Below are positions 40,907 through 55,737 of a stretch of 64,000 nt of DNA, in pieces (the first letter of the stretch is position 1; the number at the start of each line of letters is the position of its first letter). The notes below the pieces were generated by a model. It saw nothing but the letters and a program-made list of their open reading frames with translations. It had not been told where the DNA came from and searched no databases. The stretch is taken from the NCBI RefSeq assembly GCF_009914755.1, contig NC_060925.1; one strand, given 5' to 3'. Made by a program: the position numbers and the translations under genes. Source of the stretch: the human T2T-CHM13v2.0 reference genome, Homo sapiens.

Positions 40907-41257
40907 GTATGGTTTTTGGAAGAATCATGGCATAAGTTCATCTGAGTCTTCAATAGGAGTATTTCTGAATCTTTTCTCCCCATCACTTTGGGCTTGAGTC
41001 ACTTGTAGTTTTAGAATGAAAAAGAGCGTTTAAAGATTGCTTAGCTCACCTCCTTCATCTTACAGGGGAGGAACTGAGACTCAAAGAGGTTGTGACTTGC
41101 CCAAAGTCCTTGGCATGATGTCCGTGCCAGAGGATGACAGCCCTGGAACTCTTAGCAAACCATACTCTTTAGAAGCCTGTGCTTTTCTTATAGTGCCCCA
41201 TTTGGATCAGTGTAAGGGAAGAGATTTCTACTGAGGATGTGGAATTAAGGGATTGTA

Positions 41258-41740
41258 TTTTTTCAATTTTAAAAAATTGAGATAAAACCACATAACATAA
41301 AAGTCACCCTTTTAAAGTGTACAATGCAGTTGTTTTTAGTCTATTCAAAAGGTTGTGCAAACATCACCACTAATTCCAGAACATTTTCATCACTCACAAA
41401 AGATACCCTGTACCTATAGCAGTCACTTCCTATTCCCTCTCCTCCATCTCCTGGTAACCACTGATCTACATTCTGCCTCTATGGATTTGTCTATTTGGGA
41501 CATTTTATTTAATGGAATCATACAATATGTGGCCTTTTGAGGCTTCCTTCTCTCACTTAGAATGTTTTTGAAGCTTATTGTGTTATAGCATGTGTCAGTA
41601 CTTCATTATCTTATATGGCCAAATATTATTCCATTGTAATGTCACAATGTATTAATCTTAGTTGATAATCTCAGTTAATAATCATCAGTTGGTGAACATT
41701 TGGGATATTGCCATTTTTTGCTATTAGGAATAATGTGGCA
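41258..41740 (-). mobile_element. L1MB-type 3' end fragment, antisense
   Basis: ttgagataaaaccacataacataaaagtcacccttttaaagtgtacaa...ctggtaaccactgatctac. Confidence 0.75.
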
Positions 41741-42312
41741 AGTAATTGTGTTTTGATTCATCACATATTGGCTAAGTGAGTGCTTTGTGCCAGCCATTGC
41801 TGAGGTTTTTAGGATTGACAAGAGTAAGACTATGTCTCTGCCTTTAAGGGACTCAATTTCACAAGGGAAATCCATGCAAGTACAAATATGCATGATACCA
41901 TATTAGAGGGAGGATGAGGTGTTATAATGGGAGCAGTTTGTTTTAGCCAGCAGTGGCCTAGAAAGGCTACAGAGAGAATATGAACTTTTAAGACATGCCC
42001 TAAAGGATGAGTTCATTGGGTTGGAACAGGGCATCCTGGGTAGAAGGAATGCAATGAGTCGAAGTATGCCTGTGTGCAAGAACATAGTATTTAGCGGATG
42101 AGAAAATGGTTTGCCAAGGCAGAGTTCAAGTAGAGGAGAGGCTGGAAATGAAGCTGAGCCTATTCTAACTGGGGAGGTCATTTAATATCCATAGTAAACA
42201 CAAATTCAGATATTGAAACAGTTGAAGGTGCATGTCTCCCCAAAATCTAATCTTTTGATCAGATTCCCTTTTCGCTGATTGATTGTAATGTGCTTCTCTC
42301 ATGTATTTTTAG

Positions 42313-42392
42313 GTGACCAACACACAGATATTCCAGCTTCAGTTTCACACTGGATTCATACCACTGGACACAACAGTTTTAAAGTTCACCAA
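42313..42392 (+). CDS. DNAJC6: DNAJC6 exon 9 (80 nt, phase 0-2): VTNTQIFQLQFHTGFIPLDTTVLKFT(K); C2 domain
   Basis: tatttttag| acceptor; CCAA|gtaagt donor; QFHTGFI motif; hand-translated. Confidence 0.95.
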
Positions 42393-43232
42393 GTAAGTAC
42401 TGGTTGGGCCAAAAGTCTATTTGAATCAAATTAGCTGTGAAGTGCTGAGGCTCAATGGCACCAGGCTGTAGCATACCCTGGAATCCTGTGCTGCTGAACT
42501 ACTGAGTGTCACTCAGTAGCACAGAGAGGCTGTGGGCATTCTAAAGCTTTCAGTTGAATATGATTTATCTTCAGAAGTACAAAGGGACCAAAGACTTCAA
42601 ACAGAAAGTTCTAAAATTCTATGTGAGGGAATAAGGGTAAACAAAGCGGGACAAAGTATCACTGCTTTTGATCCTTTGCATCTGTGTATCCCCTTGTGTT
42701 TTCCAGTGGGGATGGCAGTTTAATCAGTGGTATGGTATCAGCAATGATGCATCAGAATAGAAGCCCCGCTATAGCACTGAAGCAGGCTTCTGGAGGACCT
42801 TTCTGCACCGACATTAACCTATCTCATAGTGTGGTCTAGGTGAACGCAGTTGTGGGGGTGGCTAGAGCCGGGATGGAGTTGCTGGGGCCAGGATAGGAGT
42901 AGATGTTCAAGGGCTCAGGACAGTGGCTGTGGGCCTATTGCACTATTTTAATAATGGATTTTGCCGTGCCAGTCACATCAGCCCTGCTTTCCAGAATGCT
43001 TTTACATGCAGTAGCATTCAAATTTGTTGAGCAGGCATTATTCTCCTCTTTTCTCTAGATTAGGAAACTGAAGCTCAGAAAAGTAAAGTAACTTATCTGG
43101 TTATGACTGAGTCTTTTTTAGAAATGAGACTTAGATTTAACCTAAGAGTCAACCTAAGATGACTTCTGTGCCAAACATCATACCAGTTCCATTGTTTTTC
43201 ACTGAATTTATCTTTTTTAAATCCCTATTTAG

Positions 43233-43426
43233 GCCTGAGTTAGATGCATGTGATGTACCAGAAAAATATCCTCAGCTATTTCAGGTGACACTGGATGTAG
43301 AACTACAGCCCCATGACAAAGTAATAGACTTAACTCCACCATGGGAACATTACTGCACAAAAGATGTCAATCCCAGCATCCTCTTCTCTTCTCACCAGGA
43401 ACATCAAGATACGCTGGCCTTAGGAG
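43233..43426 (+). CDS. DNAJC6: DNAJC6 exon 10 (194 nt, phase 2-1): PELDACDVPEKYPQLFQVTLDVELQPHDKVIDLTPPWEHYCTKDVNPSILFSSHQEHQDTLALG
   Basis: cctatttag| acceptor; GGAG|gtatga donor; end of the C2 domain. Confidence 0.95.
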
Positions 43427-43523
43427 GTATGAGTCACCTGATGGTTTTGTTTTTCAGGATGAAGCCTCTCTGTTATTTATTTCCTGTGTCTCATTGATGC
43501 TACATGGTCTTTTTGTCTTGCAG

Positions 43524-43604
43524 GACAGGCTCCAATAGATATCCCTCCAGACAACCCCAGGCATTACGGACAAAGTGGTTTCTTTGCCTCTCTCTGTTGG
43601 CAAG
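43524..43604 (+). CDS. DNAJC6: DNAJC6 exon 11 (81 nt, phase 1-1): GQAPIDIPPDNPRHYGQSGFFASLCWQ
   Basis: ttttgtcttgcag| acceptor; CAAG|gtattt donor; keeps the frame between exons 10 and 12. Confidence 0.93.
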
Positions 43605-43716
43605 GTATTTACAAGTGTTTCTTTAAGTCACATGGTTTGATGATTATGTATTTCTTCTGTAAAGATGTTGGCCCTAGAAGCAGACTACATTAAAGCAGCA
43701 CTTAGAGGTCATTCAA

Positions 43717-44006
<290 letters not shown>

Positions 44007-44978
44007 GACATCATTCAAGTTTACATCCTTCCAATTCATTCCCTTTTCAAATCAGGCAACTTCCCTACTTTCAACTCAGTAGATGCTCTTAGACTGATGC
44101 AAAAGGCCATTTTAAACTGAATTCTCCCTTCTCTCTGCTGTGTTTTTGGTCACGTCATTCCTGGACTGACAAATAAGTGTGATTTGTTTATGATCTCCCT
44201 TTAGACTGCTGCCTCTGTAATGAGATTAACACAGGATTCTATCTTCCGCTGTCAACTAAATATTATAAAAATATCAAATCAGCATTCCCCCCAGGGAGCC
44301 TTAACCACTAGCAGGGCAGAACTGAGCTTACCCTGCTGCAGAGAAAGCAAACACTTGGCCTGTATATCTCTGCTCTTGCTTTAACAGCCATACCAGAAAT
44401 AAGGGCTCGATTACTAGGTTCTTTTCTCTCAAACCTGGAGATATTTTCAGAATCCTCCTCAATATAACACTTCCAGCTGCTGCCAGCAGTAGCCTGACGT
44501 TGGCATCCTAATCAATACCCATTGGCTATCCTTGCTTTAGAGCTGGCTGAGGCTAACTGTGAGATTCAGTGTAGACGTGGGTAGTCAGTGTTTGGGTATG
44601 AAAGGCATGGGAAACTGGCTATGGTATGGTTTATCTGAAATTATCCTGATTGACCTTCCTCTGTTGTGTGAATGTAAGATAATATTCCCATCGCCTGCAG
44701 GCTTCAGTTTGATGAAAAAGTTGTTCATAAAATTCCGTTGAATTGAAAGACTCACTTTCAGAATTTTCTTTCGAGAAATGGAACTAGCAAATCCTCAAAT
44801 TTGGAAAACCCAGTGGTATCTGGACAGTAGGTAGATTTCTTATCCCCTGTTGGCCTTTCTTACCTCTTATTTTCCTCACAGCGAGGGCTTTTAATACAAC
44901 TTCACTCTTTCCTCTCCACTGTCATTTTAGCAAATAATTTAGAGATAATTCCTGTAGACTCTGAAATAGGTTTTAGTA

Positions 44979-45313
44979 TAGATGCACAGTCTCTTGTCTG
45001 AACCTCTCAGAGCCAGGTATGTTTAGGAATGCAGAACTTTTTGGATTTTAGAAGGATGATATGCTACATAAAGTGATGTAACTTGACATCCCAAGTGATA
45101 TCTCAGATAATAACCTATAATCAAACATATTAATATTTCTGCAGTAGAACATATAAACAATAGCCCTAAGTGAGATAAATGAAGACTATAAGTATCTTCA
45201 TATTCACGTCTGTCAGTTTTCCACCAACTGAATTCATGCCAAACTTAGGAAAATCTTTTCCTTTTCATAGCTTATTACATTTTATAATTTGGAATAAAGG
45301 ATGTGGATCCATA
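44979..45313 (-). mobile_element. MER46C-like Tigger MITE
   Basis: ctataatcaaacatattaatatttctgcag...ctaagtgagataaatgaagactataa. Confidence 0.65.
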
Positions 45314-45761
45314 CTTGACTTGGAATGTGGGTCTATCTGGCATTAAATATCAAATTTTTGTGGGAAGATCTATCTCAGGGAGGGCTTAGAAGGTCACTCC
45401 TTCCCCAGAGGAGGCCTCTTTCCTGCTGCTCATTTTGTGCTGAAAGTACCCCTTTCAAGCTGGTATAAGGACCTTTCACAGCAGAGCTCTTCTTTTCACT
45501 TTTTAAATGTGTGGTTCACTTCTGCTCCAGACTGTTAGAGAAGGGATTTGCTTTTGGCTACAGGACACATGGAGAAGTAAAGACAGTGAGAAGTGTCAGC
45601 AAATGACTAGCAGATAATGGTTTGTACTACCCTCCCCGGCCAAAGCACCTAGCATAGTGCCTGAAAAAAAAAATCAACACTTAGGTACTACTTACTATTG
45701 ATTGGAGTGATTTATAATATCATCTCATGTATTTCTCACAGTAGCCTGTGAGTTAGGTACT

Positions 45762-46052
<291 letters not shown>

Positions 46053-46407
46053 GTTAGGTACAATTTGTTATCCCCACTTTGCTGAGGAGGAAACCAAGGC
46101 ACAGAGAAGTAAAGTAACTTGCCCAGTGTCATAGAGCCAGTGAGTAGTGAAGCTGAGATTCAGTCCTAGGCTGGCTCCAGAGTTCCTGCTCCTTACCCCT
46201 ATGCTCTACTGCCTCTCAGATGCTCAACAAGTGGTAGTTGAATGTAACGTGAAATACATCAAGTGTTCCACTGATTAGGGTCTAAAAACACTGTTTGCTC
46301 AGGGCTGAATCCTTCTGTCTTTCTGGAATTATATACATATATTATAACAAAAACCAACAATGCTGTGGTCAGCAACTAATCTCTTATGGTATACTGGCCT
46401 TCCTCAG

Positions 46408-46842
46408 ATCAGAAATCGGAGAAGTCATTCTGTGAGGAGGACCACGCTGCCCTAGTGAATCAGGAAAGTGAGCAATCAGATGATGAACTTCTGACACTTT
46501 CCAGTCCGCATGGCAATGCCAATGGTGACAAGCCTCATGGAGTCAAGAAGCCCAGCAAAAAGCAGCAGGAGCCAGCAGCCCCTCCACCCCCTGAGGATGT
46601 GGACCTTTTGGGCCTGGAAGGGTCTGCAATGAGTAACAGCTTCTCTCCGCCAGCGGCTCCTCCCACCAATTCTGAACTACTGAGTGACCTGTTTGGGGGT
46701 GGAGGTGCAGCTGGTCCCACCCAGGCTGGACAGTCAGGAGTGGAAGATGTGTTTCATCCTAGTGGACCTGCGTCTACCCAGTCAACACCACGCCGCTCTG
46801 CCACCTCCACCTCTGCGTCTCCAACCCTAAGAGTGGGAGAAG
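46408..46842 (+). CDS. DNAJC6: DNAJC6 exon 12 (435 nt, phase 1-1): DQKSEKSF...PEDVDLLGLEG...ASPTLRVGE; disordered clathrin-binding region
   Basis: ctaat branch-point-like sequence at 46376 and ttcctcag| acceptor; GAAG|gtaatt donor; within ORF 46386..46904; contains DLL and the LLGLE clathrin-box-like motif. Confidence 0.96.
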
Positions 46843-48874
46843 GTAATTTTTTCTATGTTGCACTGTGCCTCTCAGATTTGAATTCTAACCTTTGGGCCAA
46901 ATAGGTGGAATTGAACTTTCCTAATAAGCTAGACTTTTCTGATTTCACTGTAAGTCCTTTAGAGGAGGTCTGTATCTTTATTTAAATTGAGAGCGTAAGA
47001 GAAAATAGAAATATTGTCCATTTGGGTAGCACACTAAGGTAGTGTAAGAGTGGACGTTTGAGCTTCACACTCTTACTTCTAATTTTCTTTGTTTAGCACT
47101 TCAACCCCTGAGCTGCATTAGTCTGCTTAAACATACTGATTGATGAATTATTATTGATAAAAATAGCTAATATTTATGAGGTATTTACTATTTGCCAGAC
47201 ATGGAATTTAATACTAAACATTATTTAATTCTTACAGAAACTCAATAAATAAGGGCTATTTTTATCCCCATTTTATAGTTGAGGAAATGGAAGCATAGAA
47301 TTAAATCAGTAGCATAGGTTTATATGACTAGTAATTGATAAGGCCAGTGTCCAAACCTAGGTTATTTGACTCTAGGGCTTTCCCTCTGTTTTCCTATAAC
47401 GGCTTCCTGAAGTTATAGTTTTCTGAATATATGTGGGCTATCCAGAGAAGTGTTTGGTTATTTGAAAATATGTTTAAGTGACTCATGCCGGAAGCACAGC
47501 TTCCTAGAACAGAGCAGTTGGTACTAGGTAAGGAGTTTGAGCCCCTTGAGGCTCTGTTAGTTTCACTGTCTCATTGCCAGAGACTCAAACCTTCTACTAT
47601 GAGTCATCTAGGATTTTTTGACATTTATAAGACAGTGTAGTTGGGTAAGCAGAGATCCAGCACAGCTCCTGAAGAACCCACTCAAATTAGCTGCCCCTTG
47701 GTCCTGTCACCATTAACCAAGATGACTTCACATTAGGAAGGGTAAAGAGAAATGTCTCAACTCTTCAGGCCTATAGTATCCTATAGGAACATTTTTTTTC
47801 CCCAAGCGTATCCTTCCCAGAAGGCTCTGGGCTGGTCTTGACTTGTGATAGTTCAGCTGGAGGCATCCTTCATGAGTGTGGGTCTCAGAATTACAGAGTA
47901 TTGGTGTTGAGGCTCAAGCTCCAATGTTAGCTATTGGTGGACCCAGGATGTGAACTCAGGTGCCCTGAATCCTATGCCAATGCTATTTCATCTGTACTTC
48001 ACTTCCTTCCATACAGTTTTAACTTGCCAAAGTGAAAAAAAGCTCTGTCAGGAAAACAGTTTCCAAGATCCAAGATATCAGTACTCGATAATTGCATTTT
48101 AAGACTGTGCACCTGGTGTGACTCTCATGATTTCATTCATCATAGTTTCAGGCAGCTAGTGGAATTCCAGTGCCAGAAGGGGCCTTAGACATCAGTTAAT
48201 TCTCTGCCTCATGTTATAGACAATGAAACTGAGGCTTAGATGTATTGATTGACCTGTCTGAGGATACCCACTGGATTAGTGGCATACCCAGGTCTAGAAT
48301 GCAAGTATTCTATCCCCCCAAGAGGAAGTAGAAAGAACACCAAGTCTAGAGTTAAAGACCTGGATTTGAATCCCAGGACTTAACTGTCTGTGTAACATTA
48401 TTGAAAAATCTTCTCAGTTGTAAAATGGGGATAATAGTTACATATTAGCATTGTTGCAAAGACTAAATTTTGAGCTCTTGTCTTGTGGTGTTGGGCAGTT
48501 TTAGTTATTGGAGAATGCCCCTAGTTTAACATAAATTGATATTTTAAATGTACTGAGTATGGTAAGAAGGGATAAGGCTAGATAACAAATAAATCCTGCT
48601 CTTAAAACCGAGGTGGGATATATGGCTTAATACGTTTTCAGCTAAGACTTCATTGGCATAATGCTCTCCTAACAACTGCTGGGCAGATTAGCCTTGTGTA
48701 GCAGCAATGGTATCGACTGTAGTTCATCCAACAGGTAAGTCCAGACTACTCCTTTGTCCACAAAGATAGGAAATTCTTGGAGTCCACTGTTAGCCCTACA
48801 GGAAGTGACAATTCTGTGACATTTAGTGAATGAACTCATGGGACAAATAAATATATTTTCCCATTGTTTTCTAG

Positions 48875-49009
48875 GTGCCACCTTTGACCCATTTGGAGCA
48901 CCTTCTAAACCATCAGGTCAGGATTTGCTGGGTTCTTTTCTGAACACATCCAGTGCTTCCAGTGACCCCTTTCTCCAGCCAACAAGAAGTCCTTCGCCCA
49001 CAGTACATG
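48875..49009 (+). CDS. DNAJC6: DNAJC6 exon 13 (135 nt, phase 1-1): GATFDPFGAPSKPSGQDLLGSFLNTSSASSDPFLQPTRSPSPTVH
   Basis: gttttctag| acceptor; CATG|gtaagg donor; two DPF motifs and one DLL motif. Confidence 0.96.
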
Positions 49010-49459
49010 GTAAGGAAATATTTTATATTGTGTTCAGTGGAACATAGTTTTCTGCAAGATATCAGTAAGTGCTCATATATAAAAGCACCCTGTGGGTGCT
49101 TTTTTGATAAAAGCTTCCTCACACATCTCTGTTTTTGAAATTAACAACTCACCTTAACATATCAAAATCTCTGGGCTGTCTTACAGGACAGAAACCTGCT
49201 TAACTTTGTTTTGCTCTGCTTTCCTATTTGACTATGGTATCCTTTTTTGCATTAGAGCTACATGGACAGAATCATAAATGACCCTTGATTGTAGGACATA
49301 TGATTATTTTATGTACCAATAAGAAAGAAAAAAACACTGCCACTATGAAATGATTGGAAGATACTTCTTGGTTAGAGAAATCTTTGAAATGTGGGAAAAT
49401 ATGTCTTAAATAAATAAAATATGTTAGTAGTCCACAAAATTGGTATTCCAAAGAACAAA

Positions 49460-49762
49460 GTTTGGGATATGATAGCCACTAGTTACGTGTGGCTGTTGAT
49501 GACTCTACATGTGGCTAGTCTGATTTGAGATACACTCCAAGTATAAAATACATACCAGATTTCAAAACTTAGTACAAAAAGGGCATGTGAAACATCTCAT
49601 CAATATTTTTATATTGATCATTTATTAACATAATATATTGAACATACTGGGTTAAATAAACTATATTATTAAAAATAATTTCAATAGTGTCTTTTTACTT
49701 TTTAAAATGTGACTGCTAGGAAATATAAAATTACATATGTGGCCCAAATTATATTTCTATGT
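49460..49762 (-). mobile_element. MER33 MITE, opposite orientation to the copy at 18067
   Basis: tagccactagttacgtgtggct...atgtggctagtctga...aaattacatatgtggc. Confidence 0.75.
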
Positions 49763-50279
49763 TAGAGACTTAGGTTGTATAGAAAGAGTAATAATAATCA
49801 CATCCATTTATAAAAGTGTGTCACTTAGGTAACATTGATTAAAACCGGAGGTCTGCAGTGAGGGATAAATAACTTTGAGCCAGAGAGTTGTAGCTCATTC
49901 CTGATGTCGAAGTCTATTGAACATTATTGGCCACAACCTAGAAGGTGACGTATTGTTGAAGGCATCCTGAGCTTGCTTGGAGAATGCAGTCCAGTCATCA
50001 GTTGACTTTGGGAAACCATGCCAATGCAAAAGGAAGATGACTTTTGCAACACTGGTGAAACTGAAACTTGACTAAAAAAGATTCCAGGAACAACTTTTGT
50101 GGTTCATTTCCAACTAGTCTTTAATCTCAAACTATTTGAAGTGCATCCTCAGGACAATATACAAGAAATTCCCCTCTTACCTCTGAGTCATGCTCACTTG
50201 AGAGAGTCTCCTGATTGGATGTTGACTACCTGTAGGAGAAAAGATGCAGGAATGTAGAGTAGAGTTGGTTTTCTCACTC

Positions 50280-50840
50280 ATTTAAAATGTTAAGTCATGT
50301 CATTGCTCTGCTCAAAATGCCTCCCCATTTTACTCAGCATGAAAACCAAAGTCCTTGAAATGGCCTGTGTAGCCTCTGTATGCTCTAGCATCTCAGTGCC
50401 CGTGACCTCATTTCCCATTCTTTCCCACTTTACTCTCTGCATTCCAGCTGTACTGGCCTCTTTGCTGTTGCACTGGCTGTTTCCTCTGCCTCATACTCTT
50501 CCCCAGGCATCTGCATGGCTAAGTCCTTCACCTCCTTCAAGTGTTTGCTCAAATGTCACCTTCTCAGTGGAGTCTACTCTGATTCCTCCGTTTCAAATTG
50601 CAACTCGTCTCCCTGCCCTACTCTACATTCCCCTTTCTGTTGTGCTTAGTAACTTCCAGTATATGCAGTAATTAACTTATGTGTTACATTTTTTTGTCAT
50701 CTCTCTCTCTCTATTAGAACATGAATTCCACAAAGGCAGGGAATTTTGTTTTGTTCATTAATGCATCCATAGTGCCTAAAAGAATTACCGGCACATGGTA
50801 GCTGCTATCTATCTTTCCAATATTAAATATAAAATGAATT
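50280..50840 (+). mobile_element. L2a-like 3' end
   Basis: tgctcaaatgtcaccttctcagtg...tagaacatgaattccacaaaggcaggga...ggcacatggtag. Confidence 0.75.
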
Positions 50841-52789
50841 AACTCATTTTTCCCATCAAAGTTTCTTTGATGCACAGTGATAGTGTCATAAGGCTATATG
50901 TTTTCCTGATTTTAATACTTTGAAATTATTGTTTTAATAAGAGTACTACCCTTTGTGTCCCATGGACGTGGGTGTTCATACTTGGCAGCTTGGCAGTTTT
51001 GGATCCAGTTTTCTGTTTCTGATGAGCTGATTAGAACATGGTGTTTATAACCCAGTTTAGGCCAGTTAGTACTCCTTTGTTTTGTGGTTACATTTCTCAT
51101 TTTGGTCTGTATTGTACTAGCGAGTGGAAAGAATTTTCTCCTCTCCTTGTTGGGAAAGCAATGATCATTTCACTGTTACTGAATCAACTCCCCGTCTTCA
51201 CATAGGACAGAATATAGGTGACACTCAGATGTCTGCTTTGGGAGGTCAGACATCCTCAGGGTACTTCCCCCGGGTTTCTGCAAGGCGTCGCCAATCTCTC
51301 ATGAAAATAAAAAAAATACTGCCTTTGGGCTCAACAAATATTTATTGAACATCTATTCTGAAGAGAATAATCACTTGGGACATGATGTTGGAAGAACAAA
51401 TAAATAATCATAATAAAAGGCAAAATAGAGACTAAAATATTAGGTAATTACCTTTTTGAAAAAATATATTCCTGTTTCTCTAACAGACCTTAAGTTTCTT
51501 GAGGATAGATAATGCATCTTTCAGTCTCTGTCCCCTGATGTGGTGCCTTGCATGTGGTAGGTAGTCATAAGGGTTTGTGGGTTTGATTAGCAACAGGGTT
51601 GAAGTTCTGATACCTACTTCTGCGTCTTAATTGGATGTAAGACTAGGATCAGAGCTTAAAGGAAATCAGATAGAACGTACTAGCAAAACCGTCTAACTTC
51701 CACCTCAGTGGAATGGGTTACTGTGTAAAAATAGAAGGGATAAATAGAAAAGAAAGAATTATTATTGCTGATAATGGCATATCCTTTTTAACTTAATGAT
51801 GGGAAGGTACTAGATGACTTGGTTGGTACTAAGTAAACAAAACAAGGAAATAAAAGGTTTGGAATGCTAATCTTGATGCCTTCTGGTGGTGATGGGGTGT
51901 GTGTGTGCGTGTGTGTGTGTTTTAAATCCCAGTTGCAATGTCAGTTTAGTATTTGCATTTTAATAATTGATTTGTGTGGGCAAAACCTAGAGGTGCCTCA
52001 GAAAGAAATTCTTCATCATGGCATCCTGTTTCCTATATAGATTTTATAGATGTGTAAAAAACTTACTACGCACATGTATTCCTCTAGTACACCTGATTCC
52101 TTTTAGCCAAATATTTCTTTTAAATTATATGTTTGGAACTTTGAGGGGGGGTCAGAATGATTTATTTTGAAGCTGTAATGAGTTTATTTTGAGTACCATA
52201 GACACATCCCTGACAACCAGCATAGTGATGATGTATAGCCAGTGCCCAGTACATGTTCTGCATGACTCATTATTCTCAACTCATGTCACAGCAGAGGAGA
52301 AAACAAAATGTCAGTTTTGAGTGGATTATGCTTCTATACTTAATGCTTAGCAAAGGTAAACTGAGCTTAAGGTGTTTTCCCCCTTTTCTTATTGCACACT
52401 GACTCTGTGTTAAATTTAGAGGTGGGACACACACACATAAGATAGTTCTTTCCTGACTTCGAGGGACTGACAATTGAATGGAGACAGACACATGCTCAAT
52501 GATAACTCAAAGCGTGTGGATATGGAGGTAAAACCAAAGTGAGACAAAGAAGGAGCAGAGACAAATAATATGTCGTTTCTGTCAAGCCTCATGTGAACAA
52601 CCAGAGGTGAAGGCAGAACATATTGAATGTTGCAGAGTGTGGCAAGAACTCAGAAGGAGGAGTGGATATCTTGGGATCTTGCTGGGGCCATGCAGGCTTC
52701 AGGGATGGAATGGCATTATCCTGTGTGAACTCAGAAAAGTGGGTTCTGAGCTCTCTTGTTCTCATTCTTTTTCTTTTCCCCATTTGCAG

Positions 52790-52858
52790 CTTCTAGTACG
52801 CCTGCTGTGAACATTCAGCCAGATGTTTCTGGAGGTTGGGACTGGCATGCTAAACCAG
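52790..52858 (+). CDS. DNAJC6: DNAJC6 exon 14 (69 nt, phase 1-1): ASSTPAVNIQPDVSGGWDWHAKP
   Basis: Long pyrimidine tract then tttgcag|; CCAG|gtaaaa donor; WDW motif; hand-translated. Confidence 0.94.
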
Positions 52859-53494
52859 GTAAAAGCAGGTTATTTTCTGTACACATTTATATAATTGCAA
52901 AAGCATAATCCTTACCCAAGATGAAGTGAGTACTCACAGAGTATTGTGGCCTACCTGTGTAATTTGTGTCACTTTTTCCTAAAGATTCATATTCTAGAAG
53001 AGCTTTTCCCAATGCACTTGATGACATGATAGTGCTACTTATCATACACCATTTAACTTTTCTAAATTTCATTTGCTGAATGTCTTATCTTGACAATAGA
53101 ATCAGACGGATATAAATATATATCAAACTCTATCACTTAGAAACTCTTGGGTTTTTTTGGCAAGTCTGAGCCTCAGTTTTCTTATCTGAACAATGGGGAT
53201 AATAATTTTGGTCCCACATAGTTGTGTAAGTTTAAATAAAAAAAACTTATATAAGAATTTCTGGCACAGTGTAGATGCTGACAAATGTGAATATTCTTCC
53301 TTCTTTACAAAGTACTTACTTCAGGGTGGGATTTGTCTGTCATCAACAAGGTCTCCTCCTCATGACCACTATGGCATTTATGGAGCTGTCTTGTGTGACT
53401 GCTCCTGACATTGAGCAAGTTAAGTGCACGCGTGCACATACAAACACATACACAATGGGCTTATCACAACAACTTTCTGAAGCAGTTGCTGTTT

Positions 53495-53856
53495 CCTTTT
53501 TTTATTGTAGCAACCCCTTCCCCACAACGTAACATTTACCCTGCCAATAATTTCCAAGTATACAATACAGTATTATCAGCTACATGCACTTTGTTGTGCA
53601 ACAGATCCCCAGAACGAACCCACCTCCCCACTGACCTTCTCACATAACTGAAACTCTACACTCACTAAATAACTCCCTACCTCTGCCTCCACCAGCCCCT
53701 GGCCACCACCCTTCTACATGAGTTTGACTACTTTATATACCTCCCATAAGTAGAATCATACAGCATTTGACTTTTGTGGCTGGCTTATTTCACTTAGTAT
53801 AATATCCTCAAGGTTCATCTGTGTTGTAACATGTGACAGGATTTCCTTCTGTTTTT
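53495..53856 (-). mobile_element. L1MB-type 3' end, antisense
   Basis: caagtatacaatacagtatt...tgtgcaacagatccccagaac...tggcttatttcacttagtataatatcctcaaggttcatc. Confidence 0.75.
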
Positions 53857-53862
53857 AATTTA

Positions 53863-54164
<302 letters not shown>

Positions 54165-54169
54165 GATTT

Positions 54170-55320
54170 TTCTTTAAATTGACAGATAAAATTGTATGTA
54201 TTTGTCGTGTACAATATGATGTTTTGAAGTACACATACACTGTGATATGGTTAAATGTAGCTAATTAACAAATGCATTTCCTCACATGGTTATCATTTTT
54301 GTGGTGAGAACATTTAACATCCATTCTCTTTGGATTTTTCAAGAATGTAGTAGATCATCATTAACTAGAGTCACTATGCTGTACAATGGATCTCTTGACT
54401 TATTCCTCCTTTCTAGCTGTAATAATATATCCTTTAACCAATGCCTCCTCATCCCTGCCCTACCTCCAACCACCCCAGCACCTGGTAACCACCATTCTAC
54501 TCTTTATTTCTATGAGACCAACTTTTTTAGCTTCCACATGTGAATGAGAACATGCAGTATTTGTCTTTCTGTGCCTGGCTTATTTCACGTAACATAATGC
54601 TCTCTAGGTTTATCCATGTCATCTCAAATGATAGGAATTCTTCCTTTTTATGGCTCAATAGTATTCTATTGTGTATATACACCATATTTTATTTATCCAT
54701 TCATCCATTAATGGACACTTAGGTTGATTCCATATCTTGGCTGTTGTGAATAGTGCTGCAATAAGCATGGGAGTGCAGATATCTCTTTGACATACTGACT
54801 TGATTTCCTTTGGATATATACCCAGTAGCAGGATTGATAAATCATATGGCAGTTCTATTTTTAATATTTTAAGGAATCTCCAAATTGTTTCCCATAATGG
54901 CTGTACTAATTTACATTCCCACCAACTGTGTCCTTTTTTCTCTACATCCTTGCCAACATGTTTTTTGTTTTTTTTAATAGCAATTCTGACAGGAGTGAGG
55001 TGATATGTCATTTTGGTTTTGATTTGCATTTCTATGATGATTAGTGTTGTTAGGATTTTTTTATACATCTGTTGGTTTTATACGTCTGTTGGTTTTCTTC
55101 TGGTATTCATCTGTATGTTTTCTTCTGGTAATTCCATAGTTTTGGGTCTTACATTTAAATCTTTAATGGATTTTGAGCTGATTTTTTTATATGGTGAGAG
55201 ATAAGAGTCTTTTTACCCTGTTGCCTTCTTATTCTGTTGATTGTTACCTTCCCTGAACAGCAGTTTTTAGCTTGACAATTGTCCCATTTGTTTTTCTTTT
55301 GTTGCCTGTGATGTTGGTTT
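54170..55320 (-). mobile_element. L1MA (6/7-like) 3' end and ORF2 C-terminus, antisense
   Basis: Minus ORF 54655..55068 reads YHLTPVR...WECKLVQPLW...ELPYD...[22 protein letters not shown], the L1 ORF2 C-terminus. Confidence 0.9.
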
Positions 55321-55737
55321 CATATTATTTCTCTTTTTTAAAACTAATGGTAAAATGCTGAAGCTCAAAGATGTTAAGCAAGATTCCCACGGTCACTCAG
55401 GAATTGGCAAAGCCAGAATCCAGATCCAGACCTAACTTCGAATCTTATAGGAAAGAGTGAAGTCAGGTGACATGAGGACCTGGAAATAAAACAAACACTG
55501 GAAATAATAGTTCACACTTGTGGCCTGGAAACAGCATTTGTCTTTTCTGTGGTCTGTCCTTGTTCAAGGCCACCATTCACCCAGGTCAGGGAAACAGGGT
55601 CTAGCAACTTCTTAGACATTTTCAAACCCTGTCCTAATTTGCCTAGGAGACAAATAAACAGTAACTCTGGAATTCTGAATTTCACAATTCAGCCTCAAAC
55701 AACTAACTCATTTTCAATGACCTTATTTCCTTTTCAG

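Noticed and set aside
43443-43457. Strong-looking acceptor (ggttttgtttttcag) inside intron 10
   Set aside because: Only 31 nt from the exon 10 donor, below the minimal intron size.
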